Origin: a virus
IMG/VR virus record: IMGVR_UViG_3300050029_000114
Location: 1-64,000 of that record
Direction: 5' to 3' (one strand)
DNA length: 64,000 bases
In this document: piece by piece, positions 20,043 to 29,105 of the stretch
How the letters are laid out: every line of letters starts with the position of its first letter
Numbering within the stretch: position 1 is the first letter of the stretch
Notes under the pieces: generated by a model
What the model saw: the letters and a program-made list of their open reading frames with translations, nothing else
Database searches by the model: none
Told to the model about the DNA's origin: nothing
Program-made: the position numbers and the translations under genes

Positions 20043-20362
20043 GTCGCCCGCCCTAGCGCGCTATAGGCCGCGGGCGCCGTACCGCCACGGGCAGGTGGCG
20101 CACAGGTCGGCGAGCGGGTCGGCCGGGTCTATGGCTCTCAACTTGGGCGTGTGTTTGCAGCGCCGGAACCGGCGAACCTTCCACCAGTAGAACCGGCGCC
20201 GCATCCGTCATCCCGCCAGTGGCCCTGCCTGCAACCACATGCCGTCGTTCGCCTGCCATACCTCGGTGCTGGCCGGGATGATCGGAGCCCGTAGCGCGAA
20301 ACCGTCCACGCTCGCGGTCGGCCGGTTCGCTGACAACCCGCCTTGCACTCCGATGAACCGGC

Positions 20363-20929
20363 TCATTCCTTCGGAGCGGAGGCGGCCTTGCGGGTCCGCT
20401 TCGCCTTGATCGGTGTCACGCTGCCGCCCTCGGTCCGCACCCCGTCCGCGACCCGCTCCGCCTCGATGGCGTCGCGCTCCTGCTGGCAGACCGGGCAGCC
20501 CTCGACCAGCCCGCTCAGGTTCGTGTCGGTCGGCTTGTGCTCGCTGTTCGCGTGCGCCACCATCAGGTCGGCCTCCTCGTCCGAGGTCGGGGCGAACCCG
20601 AGCCGCTGGATTCCAGCGGCCTCCTCTTTCGCCTTCTTCAACGTGTCGGCCGCGGCGCGGAGCATCTTGCTTACCGCTCCCTCCTCGACACGGATTATCT
20701 CCGTCGTGACGATGACGTGCTTGCGAACCAAGTCCTCGCTGCCCGGTTTCGTCGGCCCAAACGTCACCTTGTCGACGATGCCCTTCAAGACGAAGAACAC
20801 GGTGTCGAACTGGTCAAGTTCCTCCGGGTCGAGTTCCAGGGCCTCGGAGAGTCCGTCTCCGGCGCGGGTGATCTGGACGGCTGACTTAACGACCGGGTGG
20901 CCGCCGAACGGGGCTAGCTGCGCTCCCAT
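20363..20929 (-). CDS. Hypothetical phage protein
   Basis: AAAGGA SD upstream; ATG at 20929; class B motif upstream. Confidence 0.6.
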   Translation of the reverse strand: MGAQLAPFGGHPVVKSAVQITRAGDGLSEALELDPEELDQFDTVFFVLKGIVDKVTFGPTKPGSEDLVRKHVIVTTEIIRVEEGAVSKMLRAAADTLKKAKEEAAGIQRLGFAPTSDEEADLMVAHANSEHKPTDTNLSGLVEGCPVCQQERDAIEAERVADGVRTEGGSVTPIKAKRTRKAASAPKE

Positions 20930-20970
20930 GATGGTTCCTTTCGCCTGCTGGTGATGGGTCGGCGGCAACT

Positions 20971-21321
20971 CTAGCGCGCTAGTGGTCCTCTCGGGGCAAG
21001 AAGTCCTAGCTCGGTGCTCACCTTGACTTCGGCCTCGGTCACTTCGTGGCAGGGGCGGCATGTGGGGAGCAAGTTGGCCGGGTCGAGCGGCGATCCGCCC
21101 CGGCTGCGTTTCACCCGCTCGTGAAGCTCCGATGCCCATCCACGGCAGTTCGCCGCCTCGGGCCGCCCGGCGGTCTGGAGAATGGGCCCGATAACGCAGC
21201 GGGGATGGGCGTTGAGATAGGCCCGCCGCCAGGCCCGCTCTTCCCATGCAGCGTCGCTGTCCCGCTTGCGGATCGTGGCCGTCCGCAGGGAACCGGACCG
21301 TTTAAGCGGTGTCCGCTTCAC
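20971..21321 (-). CDS. HNH endonuclease (resident phage type)
   Basis: MKRTPLKR N-terminus; LHE...RSRGG...NLLPTCRPCH. Confidence 0.8.
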   Translation of the reverse strand: MKRTPLKRSGSLRTATIRKRDSDAAWEERAWRRAYLNAHPRCVIGPILQTAGRPEAANCRGWASELHERVKRSRGGSPLDPANLLPTCRPCHEVTEAEVKVSTELGLLAPRGPLAR

Positions 21322-22007
21322 CCTCGATGCGCCTCGATGATCCGCTTGGCCTCGTCGAGCCGCTTGAACAGTTCGTCATCTCCCCCCGTGTCGGGGTGAA
21401 GTGCCATCGCTGCCGCCCGGTATGCGACCCGGAGCACGTCGGGGTCAACGATGATAGACGGGTCCCGCTGGTCATGCCAGTGGGCGTGTTCGCCTATGAA
21501 CCGGGCTGCCTCCTCGACGGTCATCTGCGCAGCGGGCGTCGCGATACCGGCGCCTAGCTGCCGCCATCCGGTGTACTGCTCGCCGTGGCTGGCTATCCCG
21601 TAGCGGTCTACCTTGCGGAGTGATTCTAGCCCGAGAGCTACCGCACGGGTGTTGGCCTGCCAGCCCGGTATATCCCGCCAGCCCGATCCGCGCCCGTATG
21701 CTGATCCGCCCGCAAACGTGTCGCACGGATACGACAGGGGCCCGTGTCGCGGATGGTCGAACGTGACGATGATCCCTGGGTGGGCCGGTTTAGCGTCGGC
21801 CTTGATCCAGCCGTCTCGCCGTAGGTCCCGTTCGGTGACGGCGACCTGCACGGCGGCGCTGTCTACCCCTAGCGCGGCTAGCTCCGTTTCGAGGAGACGC
21901 ACCGTGTCGGTCCACGTGGCCCGGAACGGGAGCGCCAGCCGTTGGTCGTCGGTTCGTAACCGGCCGGGCCACCTCTCAATCGGGCGGCAGGTCAGGTCGA
22001 CGTTCAC
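21318..22007 (-). CDS. J-domain (DnaJ-like) phage protein
   Basis: C-terminal AYRAAAMALHPDTGGD (HPD motif). Confidence 0.8.
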   Translation of the reverse strand: MNVDLTCRPIERWPGRLRTDDQRLALPFRATWTDTVRLLETELAALGVDSAAVQVAVTERDLRRDGWIKADAKPAHPGIIVTFDHPRHGPLSYPCDTFAGGSAYGRGSGWRDIPGWQANTRAVALGLESLRKVDRYGIASHGEQYTGWRQLGAGIATPAAQMTVEEAARFIGEHAHWHDQRDPSIIVDPDVLRVAYRAAAMALHPDTGGDDELFKRLDEAKRIIEAHRG

Positions 22008-22203
22008 GTGCTGCGGGGACCGCAGTGGCGACAGCGCCGCCGGTCGTGGTCCGGCCGGTAGCAGCCGTGGACCCATCTGTCGAACATGGCCGGGTTATGC
22101 GTCGAGCACGGCACGACGGCCCCGCCTCCCGGTAGCTCGATCTGCCCGGTCGGCTGGCCGTCGACCTCGCAGGCGCATGGGGCCTCGATGGTCGCGGCCA
22201 TGC

Positions 22204-22914
22204 TCATCTAGCCCGTCGCCGGTCCTGGCCGCTCAACACCACGGCGATCGCCTTGTCGCCCACGAGACGGGAGAATGTGCGGGCCCCGAGATGGGTTTCG
22301 AGGGCGGCCCGGTCGAGGTTGCTCGTGATGATCGTCGGCCGCTCGTCAAGCCACCGTCGGTTCACCACGGCGTACAACCGTTCGGCGGTCCACTCGGTGG
22401 CCCGTTCCCCGCCTACGTCGTCGATGACGAGCAGGTCTACCCCGGTCAGGGCGTCGAGTGCCCTCTCCGGGCCGTTGGGCCGTAGCTCCTCCAACATCTC
22501 GTCGATCGGCTTGAACGCGATCGTGGCGCCCTCGTCGCTGGCCGCCCGGATCGCAGCGCACGCCAGATGGCTTTTCCCGGTCCCGACGGGGCCGAGGATC
22601 ACGAGGTTCCTGCCTCCCGGGTCCGTCGACCAGTCGCCTATCCGCTCTCCGGGGATCAGCCCGACGAAGTCGGCCAGCCGGGCCTCGTGGAACCGGGGCG
22701 GTATCGCCCGCTCCCACCGGGCCCATGCGTTCCGCTCGTCGGCCTCCGCCCTGGCGGCCGCTCTGACCTCGGGGTCCATGCTGAGGGCCCTTAGCGTGAC
22801 CGGCTGGTCCGCGGCCGGGAGCGGGGGCTGTAGGGCCCCTCCACGGTCGGCTAGCTGCCGCTTCAGGTCGGCGATCAAGCTCGCCTGGCCGATGCGCTGC
22901 GGCTCGCCGCTCAT
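22204..22914 (-). CDS. DnaC/IstB-like AAA+ ATPase (helicase loader)
   Basis: GPVGTGKSHLA, LLVIDDVGGE, PTIITSN. Confidence 0.9.
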   Translation of the reverse strand: MSGEPQRIGQASLIADLKRQLADRGGALQPPLPAADQPVTLRALSMDPEVRAAARAEADERNAWARWERAIPPRFHEARLADFVGLIPGERIGDWSTDPGGRNLVILGPVGTGKSHLACAAIRAASDEGATIAFKPIDEMLEELRPNGPERALDALTGVDLLVIDDVGGERATEWTAERLYAVVNRRWLDERPTIITSNLDRAALETHLGARTFSRLVGDKAIAVVLSGQDRRRAR

Positions 22915-22960
22915 GCCATCAACTCTAGCGCGCTATGGCTGCCCGTGCGTCCCATTACCG

Positions 22961-23683
22961 TCACAGGTCTTCAATGTACCCGCTCGGCTGCGATCTATCC
23001 GTCATCATGCCAGCGTCCCGTCCTCCGCCGTTCGCTTTCGGTGTCGGGCGTTCGTCCAGCCATCTGTCCTTATTCAGCCAGGTAGCGGGGTAGGGGATGA
23101 AGTCCCGTTCGCATCCCGGGAAGGCAGCGAACATACGGGCCGCCGCGATAATCGTGTCCGGGTCGGCGCGCTTGACCGCCTTGTCCCATGCTCGCTTGGC
23201 GTCGGCTCGGGCTACGTGGCGGGGATAGGGGACGTAGAACTCATCGAATCGTGATTCGGGGTTCTTCTTCCCTTCATCTACTTCTAAACCTAATAAAAGG
23301 CGCGATTCCGGTTCAATACCGCTCTCGTGCGGTTTCGAGTCCGCGTCGGTGCGGTTTCGAGTCCGCGTCGGTGCGGTCTTGTCGTCGGGGGTCGTGGGCC
23401 ACAGCCAATAGCTCACGAGAGGGTGCCCTCCCCCGGGGCGAGCCGTGCGCTCGATGGTCACCGCACCGACCGCTGTCAGGTCTGCGATCGCCCTGTCGAG
23501 GGTGTCAGTTGAGTAGCCGGTTAGTTCTGCCAGCCTGGGTCGGCTGGGATGGGCCTCGTCGCTCGTTATGGCATGGGACTGGAGTACTAACAGGAGCCGA
23601 ATGGCGCGGTCTGGAAGCGGCGGGTCGTGGAACAGAAACCGTTTATAGATGGCGACGAATGGCTCGCCGTGAAGGCGGGCCAC
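22961..23683 (-). CDS. Replication initiator (N-terminal wHTH)
   Basis: PSRPRLAELTGYS...RAIADL HTH; C-terminal FDEFY..YP...AW.K...YPATWLN motif; upstream of the DnaC-like gene. Confidence 0.8.
   Translation of the reverse strand: MARLHGEPFVAIYKRFLFHDPPLPDRAIRLLLVLQSHAITSDEAHPSRPRLAELTGYSTDTLDRAIADLTAVGAVTIERTARPGGGHPLVSYWLWPTTPDDKTAPTRTRNRTDADSKPHESGIEPESRLLLGLEVDEGKKNPESRFDEFYVPYPRHVARADAKRAWDKAVKRADPDTIIAAARMFAAFPGCERDFIPYPATWLNKDRWLDERPTPKANGGGRDAGMMTDRSQPSGYIEDL
23327..23377. repeat. 22-bp tandem repeat (probable iterons) in the initiator gene
   Basis: GTGCGGTTTCGAGTCCGCGTCG x2 plus a 7-bp partial copy, beside an AT-rich tract (~23260-23300). Confidence 0.65.
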
Positions 23684-24196
23684 CTACATCTGCCAGCGGG
23701 GCCGCATCCGATCCCTCGTCGGGTCCGGCGCCATCTCGATAGCGAACGGTTCTTCCTCTTGCGGTCCCGCATAGGTCGATCCGCCGCTCGCCGCTGTCCG
23801 GCCTCCGCTCCGCTCGCTGGGCTCGTTCGGCGTGTGCCGCTCGTTCTTCGTGACCGTGACGGTCGCCCAACTCATCGCGGCGCCTATCTCGTCGGCGACA
23901 AGCTCGACCTTCGACCGTTTCTGGCCCTCTTGGTTCTCCCAGGTCCGCTGGTCGAGGCGGCCCGTCACGATCAGCCGTGTGCCCTTCTCGATGGACTCGG
24001 CGGTGTTCTCGGCTAGCTGGCCCCAGCAGGTCACGTCGAAGAACGACACTTCTTCGACCCATTCGTCATCCCGTTTCCATGATCGGTTGACGGCGAGCCC
24101 GAAGCTCGCGGTGGCCTTGCCGCTCGCGGTGAACCGTAGCTCGGGGGCCCGGGTGCAGTTGCCGGTCAGGGTGATCGCATTCGTGTTCCTGCTCAT
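23684..24196 (-). CDS. ssb: Single-stranded DNA-binding protein
   Basis: ITLTGN.TRAPELRFT.SG...FFDVTCW..LAEN...GRLDQRTWE. Confidence 0.95.
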   Translation of the reverse strand: MSRNTNAITLTGNCTRAPELRFTASGKATASFGLAVNRSWKRDDEWVEEVSFFDVTCWGQLAENTAESIEKGTRLIVTGRLDQRTWENQEGQKRSKVELVADEIGAAMSWATVTVTKNERHTPNEPSERSGGRTAASGGSTYAGPQEEEPFAIEMAPDPTRDRMRPRWQM

Positions 24197-24651
24197 CGTG
24201 TGCTCGCTGGTGGGTGAGGGTGTCGCTCGTGTGCTGCCTGGAGGGAGGGTGGGAGCCTGCTAACCAGTCGGGGGGTGAGACGCGGCCATAGGGTCCGGGC
24301 CTCGATCCCTTCCTCTGGCTTGGTCGGGTCGACCCATCGGATCAGCCCGTAGGTGACTAGCTGCCCGAACGCTCGGGCGAGCGGGCTGTTCCGGTTCGTT
24401 TCGTCCCGGCCGCCGTGTCTCGGGCTCACGCCGAGGCTGGCAGCGAGCATCTCGATCAGGATGGGGGTGCAGCGGTCGGGCCTCGCTATCGCCGCAAGGC
24501 GTTGCCCGGCTAGGAGGGCCGTCGGTCCGACGATCGGCAGCCAGTACGTCAGGCTGTAGGAAGTCATGGGGCTCGTGAACCCGTCGGCGGCGGCCGGGTC
24601 GCACCATTCGGCAACGATCAGTCTCTCGGGCAGGGGAATCCGGGCGCTCAT
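24193..24651 (-). CDS. Hypothetical wHTH-like protein
   Basis: YWLPIVGPTA...LAASLGV pattern. Confidence 0.55.
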   Translation of the reverse strand: MSARIPLPERLIVAEWCDPAAADGFTSPMTSYSLTYWLPIVGPTALLAGQRLAAIARPDRCTPILIEMLAASLGVSPRHGGRDETNRNSPLARAFGQLVTYGLIRWVDPTKPEEGIEARTLWPRLTPRLVSRLPPSLQAAHERHPHPPASTR

Positions 24652-25697
24652 AGCGCCTGCTTTTTGGCGTCGGCGTCGGCCTTGATGATCGCCGTTCCCA
24701 GCCGCTTGCGGAGTGTGTCGAGGTTCCCGTTCGTGGACCGCCCTCGCCGCTGCAACCGTTCGGCCAGGGCCCTCGGGCTCAACTTGGCGATCGCCTCGAT
24801 CATCGGGTCGATGCCCTTGTCGGCGAACAGGTCGTCAAGGTTGTCCCGCTGATATTCGCCTTCCTGGCGGTCGCTGTCCGGCCCGTCTGCCGTTTCGGGG
24901 GCGCTTGCCGCCCGTCCCGGCTGCGGCGGCTCTGGCGGCCCTGTGGGGGCCTCTGGCTGGCTCGTGGTCTTGCCGGTCTGGATAGCTGTCGTCACTTGGG
25001 CGACGAACGCCTCGTGGGCAGCCGGAGTCTTGACCGCTGTCTGCCAGGTGGCCCAAAGGTCGGCGCCCTGTTCCTTCGTCAGTTCCCCCGCCTCGGTGTG
25101 GGCGTGCAGGTCGTTCTTCGTCTGCTGGCGGGTCTGCTGGTAGTGCTCGTCGCTGTCCCAGCCGTGCTCATGGGCCCATATCTCGGCCTGTTCGGCCTCG
25201 GTCTTGGTCGGTGCGCCGGGGGCGTCCGTCTCGCTGTGGCTGCTGTCGGCGTCGTCTTTCGCATCGCCGATCTGGAATAGCTCCATCAGGCAGTACTTGA
25301 ACGCCTGCGTCTCCGCCTTGTTCGCGCCCTTGTCACTGTTGTCCCGGCCGAGCCCGATGAGCGGGCCCGCCTCGATGTAGTCGGTGATCCCGCCGGGCCC
25401 GTAGACGGTGTAGGTGATCGTCAGGCAGTCCTCAGTCCACGGTTTCCCGTTGGAGAGGTAGTCCTTGACGGACCGGTCGATGACGTGGGGGACGATGACG
25501 ACGCCGTGGCGGGCGCACAGCCGTTGCGCCTCTGCGGTGATCGCCTCGATGCCCCGGTAGCGGTATTGCGCTCCCTGGGTCATCTGCTCGTTTTTGCCGA
25601 TGGGCGGCATGTCCCGCATGACGCGGGCTATCGCCTCGATGACGTGCGCAGCGGGCGCCTCGGTCGCGGTCGTTGCGGTCGTGGTCTGCTCTGCCAT
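24648..25697 (-). CDS. ERF family ssDNA-annealing protein
   Basis: YRYRGIE, G.D..DKGANKA.TQAFKY motifs; SAP-like C-terminus. Confidence 0.85.
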   Translation of the reverse strand: MAEQTTTATTATEAPAAHVIEAIARVMRDMPPIGKNEQMTQGAQYRYRGIEAITAEAQRLCARHGVVIVPHVIDRSVKDYLSNGKPWTEDCLTITYTVYGPGGITDYIEAGPLIGLGRDNSDKGANKAETQAFKYCLMELFQIGDAKDDADSSHSETDAPGAPTKTEAEQAEIWAHEHGWDSDEHYQQTRQQTKNDLHAHTEAGELTKEQGADLWATWQTAVKTPAAHEAFVAQVTTAIQTGKTTSQPEAPTGPPEPPQPGRAASAPETADGPDSDRQEGEYQRDNLDDLFADKGIDPMIEAIAKLSPRALAERLQRRGRSTNGNLDTLRKRLGTAIIKADADAKKQAL

Positions 25698-25918
25698 TGT
25701 TGGCCTCCGGGGCTCGGTGAGGGTGACGGTCGAAGTCTACTGCGGGGGTGTGTCCGATAAGCCAGCGAGCATGGCGGCGGAAGCTAGGACCAGCCGCCCG
25801 GTTACGCCGTCGACCGTCGGGGCGCCCCCGTCGAATAGGCATTCCAGAAGTTCGCCGCAGCGGTCCTCGCTGATGGCCGCCTCGAAGATACGCCGGGCTG
25901 CTGCGTCTAATGGGTGGC

Positions 25919-26569
25919 TCATGCGGGGGCGACCTTGACGGTCAGGTGTTCGGGCTCGATCATCAGGCCCGGCACGACGGCTACCTCGCCGGTTGTCGCG
26001 TCGACGATCTGGCCGTCCTTGATCTTGAACCGGTCCTGCACCTTGTCGGCTACCGGCTGCGGGTGCGCCTTCAATGTCTCCGGCGCGTTCGTCTCCGCCC
26101 ACGCCACGTAGGCGTCCTTCCCGACGATCTTCACCGTGTCGGCGTGCATCGTGGACCGCACGACCCCCGATGGCAGCGAGAGGGTTTTGGCGGTCGGGTC
26201 GGCCTCCCGGCGGGCCCGCTGGTAGCGGTTGAGATGGTTCTCGAAGAACACGATCTTCGCGGCCGGGCGGCGCCGCTGGGCGGTAAGCCAGTCGGTAACC
26301 TGCTCGACCCAATGCTGGGCTTTCGCTTCGGCGTCGGCTATCTCCCGATTCGCGGCAGCGACATGGCGCATGGCCCACTCGGCGCTGTTGTCATCCTCGA
26401 TCCGCCATGCGTAGGCGCGGGACGCGCTCGACATCGGGTGCGGGATCGGCTGGGTGCTGTTCTGGCTGAGGATCAGGTCGACCGCTAACTCGACCTCGTG
26501 CGGGTCGAGCCCGGTGGTCGGCGCTGATAACTCGGGGGGAATCGGGTCGGCTGTCATGGGCGCCTCCAA
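25919..26569 (-). CDS. Mu Gam-like host-nuclease inhibitor
   Basis: WRIEDDNSAEWAMR, coiled coil, KTLSLPSG...GEV..VPG. Confidence 0.75.
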   Translation of the reverse strand: MEAPMTADPIPPELSAPTTGLDPHEVELAVDLILSQNSTQPIPHPMSSASRAYAWRIEDDNSAEWAMRHVAAANREIADAEAKAQHWVEQVTDWLTAQRRRPAAKIVFFENHLNRYQRARREADPTAKTLSLPSGVVRSTMHADTVKIVGKDAYVAWAETNAPETLKAHPQPVADKVQDRFKIKDGQIVDATTGEVAVVPGLMIEPEHLTVKVAPA

Positions 26570-26622
26570 TGGTGAGGGAACGACCCAACCTTAGCGCGCG
26601 GGCGGTCCGGCGCGCCGGGGCG

Positions 26623-26913
26623 TCAGTATTGGTACACCGACCACGAGGCCAGGAGGTTGCCGCCCGTCCACGGCGCCCGGTAGCGGCCGTCGGGGAACAC
26701 CGCCCCGCAGTTCGTCGTCCCGTACGAGTGGGCCGCGAACGGGATGCCCTCCCACGAGCCTCGCACCCAATCGTCGAACTCGCTGCCCGTCGAGTTATAC
26801 CCGGACCAGGCCCGCACGGCGCACGCTAGGGCGGGACCTCGGGTGTGGGCTTGGACAGGGCTGGCGAACCCGAAGCTCGCTGCCGCTATCAATGCTAGGA
26901 CTGTCCGTTTCAC
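26623..26913 (-). CDS. Small secreted protein
   Basis: Signal peptide MKRTVLALIAAASFGFASPVQA; GAGGAGG SD. Confidence 0.65.
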   Translation of the reverse strand: MKRTVLALIAAASFGFASPVQAHTRGPALACAVRAWSGYNSTGSEFDDWVRGSWEGIPFAAHSYGTTNCGAVFPDGRYRAPWTGGNLLASWSVYQY

Positions 26914-26933
26914 GGGGCCTCCTCGTCCGGGGA

Positions 26934-26977
26934 AAGGTCAGCGCCCCGGGCCCTCTTGGGGCGCACCGGGGCGCTGA
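26934..26977 (-). terminator. GC-rich hairpin, possible terminator or attenuator
   Basis: TCAGCGCCCCGG...CCGGGGCGCTGA 12-bp stem followed by CCTTT. Confidence 0.45.
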
Positions 26978-27217
26978 TGTCGGCCCTCACCGTAGCTCCC
27001 GGAGGAGCAAAGGCGTCGAGGGAACCACCGCTCGACGTTGCCCACTATACCGCTCGGCCGGTCCTCCGGTGTTCCCAAGCCTCATCCCACCCGGCCCGCC
27101 ATCCCGCCCGGTATGTCTCCTCGAAGCATCGCCGCCCGGCGATCCTCCGTCCCAGCCATCGCCTCGCCCGCCGTACCCGCGACCCTGGGGGTTGCAGATG
27201 CGGGTGATGCACCGGGA

Positions 27218-27661
27218 CTACTTTTGGGCGGCGACCGCTGCGATGTTCACCCGGTGGATGCCGTTCACGTGGATGGCCGTCAGTAGGCCCTCGACGCCGA
27301 GGGCGATCCCGACGACGCTGCTCTGCACGTCGGCCGACACCGAGAACCCTGGGTGGATCAGGCCGACGAGGGCGACGACGGCCGCTACCGCTCCCGCTAT
27401 CGCCGTTGCGCCGGTCGCCCCGGTGGCGACGGTGACGGGCGGGCTCGTGTCGGCTGGCGCCGCGGCCGGGCTCGGGCTCGTGCTCACCCTCGGGTTGAGG
27501 TCGACATAGACCGGCAGGGTGATCCCGGTCTGCGTGAGCGCGGCCGTGAGCGGATGGGATTCGAGGACGGCCTCGCCGGGTGGGAGCGGCGGAGCCCATC
27601 CTTGGGCGGCTGCTTCCTCCTGCCAGGTCGGGGCGGCTACGGGCTGGGCCTGCTCTGACAT
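27218..27661 (-). CDS. Holin-like membrane protein
   Basis: Two C-terminal hydrophobic helices; GGAGGAG SD; downstream of Rpf. Confidence 0.45.
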   Translation of the reverse strand: MSEQAQPVAAPTWQEEAAAQGWAPPLPPGEAVLESHPLTAALTQTGITLPVYVDLNPRVSTSPSPAAAPADTSPPVTVATGATGATAIAGAVAAVVALVGLIHPGFSVSADVQSSVVGIALGVEGLLTAIHVNGIHRVNIAAVAAQK

Positions 27662-27705
27662 TGGGCGCTCCTCCGGTTACTCGCTGTGACCGGAACGATA
27701 GCGCG

Positions 27706-28182
27706 CTAGTGGGCTCCGCCTTGATTCTTGGCCTTCCATCGCTTAACTCGGCAGTTGTTGCCGCACACCTGCGCGTCCAATCGGAGCGCCGTGATGTCCA
27801 CCCCGCAAACCTCGCACGCGCGCCGTCCCGCCGCTTGCTTGCGTGCTCGGTTCAAGCTGGCGATCCCTTGTCCGACGATGCCTTCGCCGTGTTGGTTACG
27901 AATGATCGAGCCGATCGGATGGTGCTCACGGTTATGGGTCGACGACGTTTTCGGGACGAGATTGCCGAGCGTGTTGTCGGTCTTGTCCTCGTTGTCGTGG
28001 TGGACGTGGAGGGCCGGGTCCGTTAGCAGCCCGGCATCCCACGCCAGCTTGCGGTGCTCGGCCACATACCCGTCCGCCATCGCAAGCGGGTGCGTCGGCT
28101 CGAACAGCATCACGTATCCCTGGGTGCCGATCCTACGCTTGGTCCCGTAGCTCGGGCGCTTGCCGCCCTTACCGGATCGCAC
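27706..28182 (-). CDS. HNH homing endonuclease
   Basis: YVAEHR...VHHDNEDKTDNTLGNL; C-terminal CEVCG...CGNNCR. Confidence 0.85.
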   Translation of the reverse strand: MRSGKGGKRPSYGTKRRIGTQGYVMLFEPTHPLAMADGYVAEHRKLAWDAGLLTDPALHVHHDNEDKTDNTLGNLVPKTSSTHNREHHPIGSIIRNQHGEGIVGQGIASLNRARKQAAGRRACEVCGVDITALRLDAQVCGNNCRVKRWKAKNQGGAH

Positions 28183-28204
28183 AACTGGTAACTATAGCCG
28201 TTAC

Positions 28205-28798
28205 TCAGACTCCGCACATTCGGCTCGTGTTCGGCCACGGTGACCAACCCGCTCGCGCTTGGAGCCAGACTCCTGCCGCATCCTGCACGCTGGGCGGGGC
28301 CAGGTCCGCCCGGCCATTCGCATACCGGGGTAAGCCCATGCCGCGCATGACACTGTTCCACGTTCCGGGCGCCCATTGCAGGGCCCCGTAGTAGCCGTTG
28401 CCGGTGTCCTCGGCGTAGTTGCCGCCGCTCTCGTGCTGGCGGATACACGCCCACACCCCGCCGGGAGCCGGACCGGTCGCTGTCCGCTGGAGGGCGACCT
28501 TGTGGGGCGCCCGGGTCGGGGTGCGGGGTGCAGGTGTCCGCGGGGCCGAGGTTACCCGCTGGGCGGCCCTCGGTGCTGGACTAGGGGCCGTGGCCGCCGG
28601 TTGGGCCGGGATTATCGTTGCGGGCGTCTGCGGGCCTTCTAGTGCCCTCTCGTGGTTAGCCGTCGACCAGGGCCGTGCGCTGGGCGCAAGAACCTCCAGA
28701 CGGGTAGTGCGGGTGGGCTGGGTTTGGGCGGCCTGGGCAGCGATAAGGCTGGCGCCGATCAGCGCAGCTATCCCAAGCCGGAGCCTTGCTCCGAGCAT
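28205..28798 (-). CDS. Resuscitation-promoting factor (Rpf)-like transglycosylase, secreted
   Basis: Signal peptide, Pro/Thr linker, WACIRQHESGGNY..TGNGYYGALQW...TW...Q...GWSPWP. Confidence 0.9.
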   Translation of the reverse strand: MLGARLRLGIAALIGASLIAAQAAQTQPTRTTRLEVLAPSARPWSTANHERALEGPQTPATIIPAQPAATAPSPAPRAAQRVTSAPRTPAPRTPTRAPHKVALQRTATGPAPGGVWACIRQHESGGNYAEDTGNGYYGALQWAPGTWNSVMRGMGLPRYANGRADLAPPSVQDAAGVWLQARAGWSPWPNTSRMCGV

Positions 28799-28838
28799 CC
28801 GGCGACCCTAATGCCTGGCTGCCGGGCCGTGTCAAGTC

Positions 28839-29105
28839 TCACGCAAGTTTCCCTATCACCAGCGGGTCGGCCCCGGACGGCGCCAACGTCAAGTCGACGA
28901 TCACCGTGTCGCCGATCGTCGGCGAATACGAAGCCAGGTAGCTGACATTCGGAATCGTCACCGTCCCGATCACGACATCCACACTGTTCGGGCCCGTATG
29001 CGTCGCCGCTATCACTCCCCACCGTCGCCACACGTTCCCGCCCGGCGGGCCCGGCACCAACCGCGAAGCGATGGCCCGCTCGGTCGCAGCTACCGCCGGG
29101 TGCAT
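28839..29105 (-). CDS. Small minor tail protein
   Basis: ATG at 29105 overlaps the upstream stop; beta-rich YSPTIGDTV..LVIGKL. Confidence 0.55.
   Translation of the reverse strand: MHPAVAATERAIASRLVPGPPGGNVWRRWGVIAATHTGPNSVDVVIGTVTIPNVSYLASYSPTIGDTVIVDLTLAPSGADPLVIGKLA

Noticed and set aside
20263-20364. Possible structured RNA (GCCGG/CCGGC and AUCGGAG/CUCCGAU stems)
   Set aside because: The region is also a coupled 52-codon ORF (MSRFIGVQGG...) starting at the upstream stop, and short stems are expected at this GC content.
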